This document shows, piece by piece, positions 1 through 7,853 of a stretch of DNA of 23,561 bases. This DNA is from a virus (lineage: Duplodnaviria; Heunggongvirae; Uroviricota; Caudoviricetes): positions 1 through 23,561 of IMG/VR virus record IMGVR_UViG_3300046779_000230. One strand, 5' to 3'. Below the pieces are notes generated by a model. It searched no databases and was not told the DNA's origin. It worked only from the letters and a program-made list of their open reading frames with translations. Made by a program: the position numbers and the translations under genes. Position 1 is the first letter of the stretch. Every line of letters begins with the position of its first letter.

Positions 1-779
1 TACATTCTATCAGCAATCTGACTAGGCATGTTACGTTTTCTATTAGTTTGACCCATGTGCCATTTGCTATTGAGTTCAATGAACGCTTGAAACTCTGGTA
101 AGGTTTCAACCTTTAATGGATAATTATCTAGTATTTTCTCCATACAGTCAACTTGATCTGGTGTTAGACTGTCTCTCCAGTTCATTGTAAACTGCTCTTT
201 AGATAGCGTTTGAACTTTACCAAAAAGTTGATCACCAAGATACCCAGAAACAATGATACCAGAAGAAAACTCTGGATTATTCATAGGTGTGCTTAGACTA
301 TAACGAATACCACGACCTTTGATAAACTTGTCGAATACAGATCCAGACTCTATGATAGAGTAGTAATTGCAAGCCACCAAGATTTGTTTTGGGTCTGCGT
401 ATTGCATCAGAGAAAATAGTGCAGTTGTGCTATCAAGACCACCAGACCATGAAACAACAATCTGTTCGCCGTTGGCACGTTCAACTAGATCCTTGGCTGT
501 TTCTAAACAAATTTGTTTAAATGACTTGTTGAATGTAGGTTCAACTTTTGGTAGTGGTGTTACTCCACTAACTTTTAGATAATGTGGTATTGTTCCTGTA
601 CGGTCTACAAACAAACTCATATTACCAGCTGTGATTAGATTGTCCTTGGCGTTATAACGCTCAAGTTCTAATTTTTGGTACAGTGGATAAAGTTCGTCAA
701 ATCGTTCAGTTTTAAACTTGTCCATCTTTGGACTGTTAATAACTTCAGGTAGACGATGAATCAATAAATTAAGTATCAT
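1..779 (-). CDS. Asparagine-synthetase C-terminal-like / N-type ATP pyrophosphatase (PP-loop) protein, partial (runs off left edge)
   Basis: Not in ORF track; hand-translated from ATG at 779 (ATGA overlap with the upstream stop): MILNLLIHRLPEVINSPK...IVVSWSGGLDSTTALFSL...IIVSGYLGDQLFG...NMPSQIADRM, open to position 1 (259 codons). SGGLDS PP-loop and an SGxxGDQLFG motif resembling AsnB SGEGADELFG. Confidence 0.75.
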   Translation of the reverse strand, partial: MILNLLIHRLPEVINSPKMDKFKTERFDELYPLYQKLELERYNAKDNLITAGNMSLFVDRTGTIPHYLKVSGVTPLPKVEPTFNKSFKQICLETAKDLVERANGEQIVVSWSGGLDSTTALFSLMQYADPKQILVACNYYSIIESGSVFDKFIKGRGIRYSLSTPMNNPEFSSGIIVSGYLGDQLFGKVQTLSKEQFTMNWRDSLTPDQVDCMEKILDNYPLKVETLPEFQAFIELNSKWHMGQTNRKRNMPSQIADRM

Positions 780-1087
780 ATGCTTAAGAAACTATTAACA
801 ATAAGCGCATCTGGTAAAACCAATTGCCATGTATCACCTACTTGTCGAACAACTTGAATTTTGTTTTTCCAAATATAGTCAATGTTATTCCTAACAATAC
901 GTTTTTGTTCTGGTGTACCAATTATTGTAAACTCAGGCAAGACTATCTGATATTCTTCTGTGTGTTTGACGAATTCTAAATCATTAGAAGAATCGTACCA
1001 GAAAAAACTTTGTACTGTTCTATATTCATCAAATACGGGATAGAATGGGATATTCCAAACCCAACATTGTATTGTAGGAACTATCAT
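776..1087 (-). CDS. Hypothetical protein (103 aa)
   Basis: Start moved to MIVPTIQC at 1087, which gives an ATGA overlap with the upstream stop; its own stop overlaps the next ATG. Confidence 0.65.
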   Translation of the reverse strand: MIVPTIQCWVWNIPFYPVFDEYRTVQSFFWYDSSNDLEFVKHTEEYQIVLPEFTIIGTPEQKRIVRNNIDYIWKNKIQVVRQVGDTWQLVLPDALIVNSFLSI

Positions 1088-1434
1088 AGTAAGTGTTGAG
1101 CTAAAACCATGCAAGAGATCCAAGCCCAGATAACATTAAATCCAACTAAGGTTGGTAGCAGTTTCTTGTTACTTGCCCAGATAAGAGTTAGAGATGTAGC
1201 TAGAGTAAAGAAGTATAACCACCAAATTTGAATACCAAAGATAAGACCAGGAATTATAATCACAGCCTTTGCCGCCCAGCTGGCAAACTCAACCACGTTA
1301 TAATTAGTCCAGTACTCACGAGTAAACCACATGGCGAAACAATCACGGATTTTACCCCAGTTAGAGTGAGTGAATACTATGGAGCAAAGAACAACCCACA
1401 CTGAGGTTGCTGCTACAATTTGATCTAATGTCAT
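1084..1434 (-). CDS. Small integral membrane protein (3-4 TM)
   Basis: 116 aa with several hydrophobic, Trp-rich stretches; ATGA-coupled on both sides. Confidence 0.75.
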   Translation of the reverse strand: MTLDQIVAATSVWVVLCSIVFTHSNWGKIRDCFAMWFTREYWTNYNVVEFASWAAKAVIIIPGLIFGIQIWWLYFFTLATSLTLIWASNKKLLPTLVGFNVIWAWISCMVLAQHLL

Positions 1435-2306
1435 TTAGAAGCCTCAATTTTATCGCGATATTTTTCTTGTAAACGTCTAACGGTACCAATGGACTTTGTG
1501 TAGAATTGTTCTGGTGTAACAGCAGGAGTTTTCATACCAGAAACTTTAAAGATTTCATCGGCTCCAACCTTGGCTTGTGCATCATTAAGAATGATACTAA
1601 TTGCTTTACGACGAGTCTCATCCATAGACTTTGGAGCAACTGTGATGTTGAACACGTAAGGTGCATCAATACCAATTTCTTTTAACGTCTTGACATTTGG
1701 CGCAGTGGGAATACGTGTTGGACAAGAAGCAGCGAATGCTTGTAAGTTAGGATTCTTGGTCTTCATGGATTCATATGCTTCATGACGATCGATAACCATA
1801 AAAATACCATTGTTACCTGCCATATTCACCAGCGCATCATTGTTTGATTTAAATACAATGTACTTAACATCAAACTTGTACTTTTCTCCAAGAGCAAGAG
1901 CAGTCAAGTGTGCAGCGTTACCGAATCCAACACCACCAACGGTCAACTCTTTGTTGACATTGATTGGTCCATTAGTGATAACAGTCCAGCAAGCGTCGCC
2001 AAGAGCATGAACAGGAACATAATCTGACTCTTTGACCTTACCAGCAGCCACATTCTCTACGAATGCTGGAGCAATGATACCAAGACTGTTGGAATCCATA
2101 GACTTGAGAGCAATGATTTGATTGCCTCCAGGCTTGAACTCCAAAACAAAATTATAGATGTTTTGACTACGGTTTGCTGTCTCTATAATCTTGTACATTG
2201 CTGGTGTACCAGAATGTGTTGGGCTATATGGTGAGTAAATTTTAATAGTTTCTGTTGCATGGGCTGTACCAAAAGCAAACAGTAAAGCAATCAAGTAATT
2301 CTTCAA
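1431..2306 (-). CDS. tctC: Tripartite tricarboxylate transporter substrate-binding protein (Bug/TctC family), divergent
   Basis: Signal peptide (AHA-TE); IKIYSPYSP..., FKPGGNQ, GGVGFGNAAHL, YIVFKSNNDAL and LQAFAASCPTRIPTAPNVKTLKEIG align by eye with Bug/TctC blocks (VPFxxGG, NKPGAGG, GxGSxxHL, HVPYKG, LRALAVTxxxRxPxLPDVPTxxExG). Confidence 0.8.
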   Translation of the reverse strand: MKNYLIALLFAFGTAHATETIKIYSPYSPTHSGTPAMYKIIETANRSQNIYNFVLEFKPGGNQIIALKSMDSNSLGIIAPAFVENVAAGKVKESDYVPVHALGDACWTVITNGPINVNKELTVGGVGFGNAAHLTALALGEKYKFDVKYIVFKSNNDALVNMAGNNGIFMVIDRHEAYESMKTKNPNLQAFAASCPTRIPTAPNVKTLKEIGIDAPYVFNITVAPKSMDETRRKAISIILNDAQAKVGADEIFKVSGMKTPAVTPEQFYTKSIGTVRRLQEKYRDKIEASK

Positions 2307-2731
2307 ACTTTCTCCGTTTCAATATTACATTTAGATAAAAAATCTAACCCATCATCATTACGATATGAGTTACGGTAGTAGACATGCTTGATGCCAGCAC
2401 CGTATATTAATTTAGCGCACTCAACGCATGGGGCATGAGTGATAAAAATAGTAGAGCCAGCACCAGACTCAGATGATTTAGCCAACTTAGAAATAGCGTT
2501 GGCTTCTGCGTGGATCACTTCTGGTTTAGTTTTAAGAATAGGTTCTTCAGCGATTCGGTGAACAAGTTCTTCACAGTTGTTGTCCCAACCAGCAGGTGTG
2601 CCATTATAACCAATTGATGTGATGCGTTCGTCTTTGACGACAACAGCACCAACTTGTAATCGCTTTGCAGAACTCAACTGAGCGAATCGTTCAGCCGTGT
2701 CCATGAATGCGTTAATCCACTTTTGTTTCAT
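2303..2731 (-). CDS. cd: dCMP deaminase
   Basis: HAEANAI and PCVECAKLI Zn-deaminase motifs; VGAVVVKDERITSIGYNGTPAG N-terminal block. Confidence 0.95.
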   Translation of the reverse strand: MKQKWINAFMDTAERFAQLSSAKRLQVGAVVVKDERITSIGYNGTPAGWDNNCEELVHRIAEEPILKTKPEVIHAEANAISKLAKSSESGAGSTIFITHAPCVECAKLIYGAGIKHVYYRNSYRNDDGLDFLSKCNIETEKV

Positions 2732-3510
2732 TTCTTACCAAACCCAAAAGGACATTTTGATTCTTTACGATCCATTTCATTAGACTTTTCTAAATCTTTA
2801 TAATAAGAGCCTAATCTATTAAATGAAGTTTGGTGGTAATCATTAGGAATAGCATCCAGCTTTACCCATTCATCAATACAAACTAAATGATTTTTAATCA
2901 CTACTTCTGCATCAGAAACAGGCACAACATGTACCATTGGTGTTCCAGCATGGATGGTAAAATCTTCGGCTTTCTTATTGATAAACATATTAATGTTTGT
3001 GGTTGATTGCGTATCAAACCACAAAACACCTGGATTTATAATAAAATTATTTGCGTGTTCTTGATGATTCCAAGAAGCAGCATTCCAAGTAAACTTGGCG
3101 CCAGTAGTTTCTTTAAATCTCCAAGGAGATACTAACTTCACGTGCATATGATCTCGATAGAGACCTTCATACTGTTCAATGGGATGAGATTCAAAGAAAT
3201 AATGTCTAGACATGACACCAAGAGCAGATTGTCCAGCAGCTGCTGTCTTTGGATTAGCAATAAAGTCAGCCCACATTGGAATGATGAACCCAACTTTATA
3301 CAACTCTGTTAATCCATTACAGATCTTTAGTGTAGAAATCTTTTGTTTGACATTACCATTTTGAGTTTTAACTTCTATGTATGTTGGCAGCGCCTTGATC
3401 TGTTCTGGAAAATATGTAATAGCCTTTCTAATCTTATACAGATTATACACAGACTCCATGGCAGTAAAGCAGTCTACTACAATTTTCTTTTTCTTAAAGA
3501 AGAATAACAT
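2728..3510 (-). CDS. Hypothetical protein, possibly dUTPase-like beta fold (DUF6065-like)
   Basis: Blocks KICNGLTELYKVGFIIPMW, KLVSPW, PGVLWFD and FTIHAGTPMVHVVP recall a common environmental T4-like family; C-terminal KCPF. Confidence 0.45.
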   Translation of the reverse strand: MLFFFKKKKIVVDCFTAMESVYNLYKIRKAITYFPEQIKALPTYIEVKTQNGNVKQKISTLKICNGLTELYKVGFIIPMWADFIANPKTAAAGQSALGVMSRHYFFESHPIEQYEGLYRDHMHVKLVSPWRFKETTGAKFTWNAASWNHQEHANNFIINPGVLWFDTQSTTNINMFINKKAEDFTIHAGTPMVHVVPVSDAEVVIKNHLVCIDEWVKLDAIPNDYHQTSFNRLGSYYKDLEKSNEMDRKESKCPFGFGKK

Positions 3511-3513
3511 TTA

Positions 3514-4200
3514 TTAGTCCATAAATTTCTTAAACAAGGCGATAACATCTCCAATAGAATCACAGTAGATGGCGATCTTTTGTACCTTGCCATCAGAGTG
3601 AGTGTCTTCATATCCATTCTCACTTAACCAAACCTTCAACTTTGTTTTCATATCAGAAAGATCAGAACCTTCTGGGATATTAAACTCGAAAGTCACCTTA
3701 ATTTGGTCGTCGGATGGAGTCCACCACCACATCATGTACATTTTATTTCTGGCGTTGCTTAGAAAGAATGCAGTAGATGCGTTTAGTTTTACTTCGCGCA
3801 GACAGTTACGGAAAATATCGTAATTTGCGATATACCAGTCTGGCATTGACTCGAACATGTCGTGCTGTTCGGATTGATACTTACCAAAGATTGAGGACAA
3901 AGACGTCATAGTAAAACACTCCTTATAGTGACCAGACACAGAGTTTTTATCTGGAGTTTCAGTTGCAATTAAAAAAGATTCTAGACAAAACGATGGTCCA
4001 TCTTTCTTGTCTTCAAATTTCTCTAAATTTCTAGCCACGATGTAGCAGTCATACGGATTGAAACCTTTTTCAACTACGTGACACCAACATCTATCACCAT
4101 TGCCTTTACCAACATAAAGGATTTCATTAGTCTCAGAGTCAACATATTTGTATACATACTGACCAAGACTATTAAAGAATTCTATAGAAGGTTTTTTCAT
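3514..4200 (-). CDS. GIY-YIG (LEM-3-like) nuclease domain protein with unknown C-terminal domain
   Basis: YVYKYVDSETNEILYVGKGNGDRCWCH and LESFLI match the LEM-3-type GIY-YIG pattern; start placed at MKKPS (4200), at the predicted +1 of the promoter. Confidence 0.7.
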   Translation of the reverse strand: MKKPSIEFFNSLGQYVYKYVDSETNEILYVGKGNGDRCWCHVVEKGFNPYDCYIVARNLEKFEDKKDGPSFCLESFLIATETPDKNSVSGHYKECFTMTSLSSIFGKYQSEQHDMFESMPDWYIANYDIFRNCLREVKLNASTAFFLSNARNKMYMMWWWTPSDDQIKVTFEFNIPEGSDLSDMKTKLKVWLSENGYEDTHSDGKVQKIAIYCDSIGDVIALFKKFMD

Positions 4201-4206
4201 ACTATA

Positions 4207-4235
4207 ATTATACATCATATATTGATAAAAGTCAA
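4207..4235 (-). promoter_or_regulatory. Sigma70-type early promoter, leaderless transcript
   Basis: TTGACT (4235-4230), 17 nt, TATAAT (4212-4207), 6 nt, then ATG at 4200. Confidence 0.85.
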
Positions 4236-4447
4236 TACATTATTTTAGCCAGAATGTCTCTGGCTTCGGGCATCCCATTTTTCTCCATATGATCGTCAAA
4301 CAACTCGTCTTTAGCTTGTTGAATCATGACTAACACTCTCATCGCATCTTGTTGTGTCATGGCATTCAACATCATGGCAAACTCGTCGTGCTCTAAACCC
4401 AACAAGAAAAGTAAAAAGTCTCTGTCTTCATCCTCAAGATGTTGCAC
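4232..4447 (-). CDS. Hypothetical protein (71 aa, GTG start)
   Basis: The track ORF's 5' part overlaps the upstream gene; GTG CAA CAT at 4447 after an A/G-rich stretch is the more plausible start. Confidence 0.6.
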   Translation of the reverse strand: MQHLEDEDRDFLLFLLGLEHDEFAMMLNAMTQQDAMRVLVMIQQAKDELFDDHMEKNGMPEARDILAKIMY

Positions 4448-4877
4448 TTTCTTTTTCTTTCTTAGGTAAAGCAGGAATAAAGCCACAAGATTCTACTAGC
4501 TTTCTAGTAATCTTGGGATACTTTTTATGTAGTGTTTGATCTTTAACAGCAATCAACACTTCAGCTTCACTTGGGTGTACACCCTCTAACAAAGAAATAA
4601 ACAACGACTCACGTTTGACTGCATGTAAGTCTGCTCTGGTAAACACATACAAACGACGCATCTCGCCGTACAAATTACTTGGCGTCATACCAAGTGGTTC
4701 AGCAGCAGGTTTGAATGGTGGCTCGCCTTCTGGCAAGATCCACTTTTTAGCAGGATCAAAAGCATTCTCAAACAAGACCTTGAGTGTGTTACTATACACT
4801 TGGTCTTTTGCATATTGTTCCAGCTTTTTGGGATCATCATTGATGTCCTCTAACAACTGGGTGATATATTTTCTCAT
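4434..4877 (-). CDS. Conserved T4-like hypothetical protein (DUF6433-like)
   Basis: LPEGEPPFKP and RESLFISLLEGVHPSEAEVLIAVKD motifs recalled from the ORF that follows rnh in cyanophage-type genomes. Confidence 0.6.
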   Translation of the reverse strand: MRKYITQLLEDINDDPKKLEQYAKDQVYSNTLKVLFENAFDPAKKWILPEGEPPFKPAAEPLGMTPSNLYGEMRRLYVFTRADLHAVKRESLFISLLEGVHPSEAEVLIAVKDQTLHKKYPKITRKLVESCGFIPALPKKEKESATS

Positions 4878-5771
4878 TTAAAATTCCTCAATCTCGTCCA
4901 AAAGCAGACGACAACGGTTATCCATTAGGTATGTCATAATAGCCATTCTATCCTTAGAAGGCTTACTATTTAGATAAGCGTTTACGATATCTTTCTTAAC
5001 ATCTTCGGGAATGTAAGAGAAATCAACCAAGCGTTTGTTGCGATCCCAGTTAGTTCGTTCTTGGTCTGTGCGACAAGCATCAACACCCTTTTCCAAGAAC
5101 TCGTCTAAGCGTTTGGCTGATACAGTCTTTTGACGCTCACCTTTAACAAACACATCGTCTTCAGAAAGAATGTTTGGAATACCATCACCAGAGTCACCCT
5201 TGACGATGTGCTCGATCATCCAGTGCTGAATCTCAGTTTTGCTGGCAGTGATAAACTTCTTGACCATTGGTGACCACTGCTTGACATCCATCTTTAACTG
5301 CAGCTGTTTAAAGTCTTTGTCTGACGACAGGATCAAAACCTTTTGTGGTTCTTCCATCAAACCTTGCTGGATCAATTCGTTTTCTTGAACCCAGTTTGTC
5401 ATCACAGCAATAACATCATCAGCTTCGGCGCGATCTACGTGAATGACTTTGTAAGGAAAATACTTGACCAAGTCTTCGCGCATCTCACTAAGTGTATCGA
5501 AGATAAGTTTCCAATCAAGATCAGAAGCATCGCGGTTTTTCTTACGGCTGGCTTTGTAGTGAGCGAACACTTCTTTACGCCAGTACTGACGTCCATCGCA
5601 GCAAATAACAACATCACCGTATTCTTTGCCGTACTTTTTCTTGTACGACTTAATGGTGGACAAAGTCACGTGACGAATAAGGTTTTTAATCTCAGACTCA
5701 GTACCCTTTAGCTCTCGCTTGAATGTTAGGATAGTCGCCAGAGATACTTGGGAATAATCAATTAGAATCAT
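4878..5771 (-). CDS. rnh: T4-type RNase H (5'-3' exonuclease, FEN/PIN fold)
   Basis: MILIDYSQ start, YWRKEVFAHYKASRKK, EADDVIA, SSDKDFKQL, GDSGDGIPNI. Confidence 0.95.
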   Translation of the reverse strand: MILIDYSQVSLATILTFKRELKGTESEIKNLIRHVTLSTIKSYKKKYGKEYGDVVICCDGRQYWRKEVFAHYKASRKKNRDASDLDWKLIFDTLSEMREDLVKYFPYKVIHVDRAEADDVIAVMTNWVQENELIQQGLMEEPQKVLILSSDKDFKQLQLKMDVKQWSPMVKKFITASKTEIQHWMIEHIVKGDSGDGIPNILSEDDVFVKGERQKTVSAKRLDEFLEKGVDACRTDQERTNWDRNKRLVDFSYIPEDVKKDIVNAYLNSKPSKDRMAIMTYLMDNRCRLLLDEIEEF

Positions 5772-6408
5772 TTTGAATTTGCCTTTGGTCAATATATGTC
5801 AAGAAAATAGCATTACAATATCTACCATCACCACTATATGTATTGTTAAGTTGCGATTTTAGTTCTTTAACTTCGTGTAATGTACATGAAGCAATTATAA
5901 CAATCCTGTTGTTAACAGGTTCAATAGTAGCTTCTTTTGTAGAGTTATGAGACTTAAGAACTATCTCACCACCAGAGAATTGTTTTGGTTCTGTGTTAAA
6001 ATAATTCAACACAGTATAAAAAGAAGAATCTGTATGTGGTTTATAGTAGTCGCAATTCTCATAATATGAGAGCAAGTGTGAACGACTATTACAATAAAAT
6101 ATAGTTTTAAATAAAGAGTTGTATGATAACACACGCTCCATAAACTGCGGATCAGACATCTGATGCATTGAGTGGGAGATCAATGCAGAATGTTTCCAAT
6201 TACGAAAAACATCCTCAAGAAACACACCACGTTTAGATGTAAGTGAAACACCATTAACAGAAGCTGGAACAAGCTCACTTTCACCTGAAAAGATTGATTG
6301 TTTGGTCAACCAATTCAATTCAGTCTTTATCTCTGCCAGTTGATCTGGTGTGTAGAAGTTATCAACAACGATGGCGTCAATACCATCTTCGATATAAGTA
6401 AACTCCAT
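5758..6408 (-). CDS. 2OG-Fe(II) oxygenase (prolyl-4-hydroxylase-like)
   Basis: YYKPHTD (HxD), FSGGEIVL, NRIVII, LHEVKE (distal His), GRYC (2OG-binding Arg); start MEFTY at 6408 overlaps the upstream TGA. Confidence 0.85.
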   Translation of the reverse strand: MEFTYIEDGIDAIVVDNFYTPDQLAEIKTELNWLTKQSIFSGESELVPASVNGVSLTSKRGVFLEDVFRNWKHSALISHSMHQMSDPQFMERVLSYNSLFKTIFYCNSRSHLLSYYENCDYYKPHTDSSFYTVLNYFNTEPKQFSGGEIVLKSHNSTKEATIEPVNNRIVIIASCTLHEVKELKSQLNNTYSGDGRYCNAIFLTYIDQRQIQNDSN

Positions 6409-7511
6409 CAAAACGCTCCAAGCAAGATGCACTCTTCATTGATGCGTCCATTGGGCACAGTCGGCTTGGTAGTCAATTTCTTCAATGCACCATTCAGAGC
6501 ACGTTTGCCCATAGAAAGACCCTTGAAGAATTCTTCTGGTTTACGTAAGGTCATAGACTTGGATTCTTTGATATCGAATCCAATGATTGTAGTACCCTTG
6601 ACAGCCAGAGCACCATCGGCTTTATACACTTGAACCTTACGGTACTTGGTATTATACACCCACAGTTCGCTGGAGCCAATAATTTCTTCTGGCTTGCACG
6701 ACTTTAGATTCAGTTCAGGGAACTCACGCATGTACTTGATGCGAGCAACTTGCTTGGTTGGCGATGTTGGCTTGCGTTTACGTGGAGCACGATTAGCCTT
6801 GGCAGTTTGTACTTGCTGATTGCAGTCACCGATGATAGTTTCCATAAACTCGGCAAACTTCTTCAACTCGCGTTTAGTGAAGTTGGAATAACCTTCAACA
6901 AGTTGCTTGTCGTCACCTTCAAGGGCTTCGCGCAACTCTTGTGCACGACCAACGAAAAAGTCACCAATACGTTTGGCAATGGGTGCAGAAACTTCTTTGG
7001 ACAACAGATAGTTCTTTGTCGAAAAGTCAGTAGATTTATTTGTGGTAAAGTCATCGATGGCACCTTCGATCTCACCAGCCAGTTCGTGTGCCTTTTCGTC
7101 CATTCGTTCTTGAATAGATGGTTGGGTTACAACTGGACTTTCTTTTTCTGTAGTCTTGACCTTGACAGGACGACCAGCCTTACGGACAATGTCTGCCACC
7201 ATAGTTTCGATACGCTGCATGTGTTGATCACTCAGAGTATTACCATTGGTAACAAGGCGACACAGAATACCAAGTTGGCGCACATCGTAATCACTTGCTT
7301 TGTCGATGGCAACAACTTCAGCTTTCTTGCCTAGTTTTGCAAAGTATTCGATAGCATACTTGCGATGGCGTTTTTCATCAACATTTAGCGAGTACCATTG
7401 CAGTGCTTGCGTAATGGAAACGACATATTTTTCTTGGTCGAGCATTGGCTCATCAACTGTTTTGTTAAGAGTCGCATGAGCCTTTGCACGCTTTTTTGCA
7501 TTAATAGCCAT
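6408..7511 (-). CDS. Conserved T4-like hypothetical protein (367 aa)
   Basis: Start MAINAKK at 7511 with GAGGA SD; basic C-terminal blocks LWVYNTKYRK, VKGTTIIGFD and TLRKPEE; has its own promoter. Confidence 0.75.
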   Translation of the reverse strand: MAINAKKRAKAHATLNKTVDEPMLDQEKYVVSITQALQWYSLNVDEKRHRKYAIEYFAKLGKKAEVVAIDKASDYDVRQLGILCRLVTNGNTLSDQHMQRIETMVADIVRKAGRPVKVKTTEKESPVVTQPSIQERMDEKAHELAGEIEGAIDDFTTNKSTDFSTKNYLLSKEVSAPIAKRIGDFFVGRAQELREALEGDDKQLVEGYSNFTKRELKKFAEFMETIIGDCNQQVQTAKANRAPRKRKPTSPTKQVARIKYMREFPELNLKSCKPEEIIGSSELWVYNTKYRKVQVYKADGALAVKGTTIIGFDIKESKSMTLRKPEEFFKGLSMGKRALNGALKKLTTKPTVPNGRINEECILLGAF

Positions 7512-7536
7512 AGGATTATTCCTCAAATAATAACAT

Positions 7537-7565
7537 ATTATACACCAAATAGCCGCAAAAGACAA
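7537..7565 (-). promoter_or_regulatory. Sigma70-type promoter
   Basis: TTGTCT (7565-7560), 17 nt, TATAAT (7542-7537). Confidence 0.8.
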
Positions 7566-7578
7566 GAACTATTTGTAA

Positions 7579-7601
7579 TAACCCTACGGAATTAAGGGTT
7601 A
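7579..7601. repeat. Inverted repeat TAACCCT-N9-AGGGTTA
   Basis: Perfect 7-bp arms at 7579-7585 and 7595-7601, overlapping the dsbA stop, 13 nt upstream of a -35 box; no U-tract. Confidence 0.65.
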
Positions 7602-7853
7602 CTTAGTGACTGTATCGTACAGGTCTACAAAGTCCTCGTGGTCTGCAACTTCTTGAGTCAGGTTCTGCTTGTGGAAAGTCTTGGCAATTTTTGCAAGAAT
7701 CTTCTTGGGAATCTGATGCTCAGCAGAAACTTCTTTTACGATCTCTTTAATTAGATCACGTTCAGCTTCCATACGTAGCATTGAATTGCTAATCTCTTGA
7801 ATAGCGTCTTTGATCTTTTTACGATCGGCTGGATTGGAAATAGTAATAGCCAT
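7599..7853 (-). CDS. dsbA: Double-stranded DNA-binding protein (T4 DsbA-like)
   Basis: 84 aa; KIKDAIQEISNSMLRMEAERDLIKE...IAKTFHKQN pattern of DsbA; near rnh as in T4. Confidence 0.8.
   Translation of the reverse strand: MAITISNPADRKKIKDAIQEISNSMLRMEAERDLIKEIVKEVSAEHQIPKKILAKIAKTFHKQNLTQEVADHEDFVDLYDTVTK

Noticed and set aside
776-1087. Lasso-peptide RRE/B1 protein or precursor next to the AsnB-like gene
   Set aside because: No PqqD-like pattern, no precursor with Thr(-2)/Gly core features, and no transglutaminase-like protease seen in the window.
1084-1434. TctB call for the membrane protein next to tctC
   Set aside because: Adjacency only; no TctB motif recognised and no TctA present.
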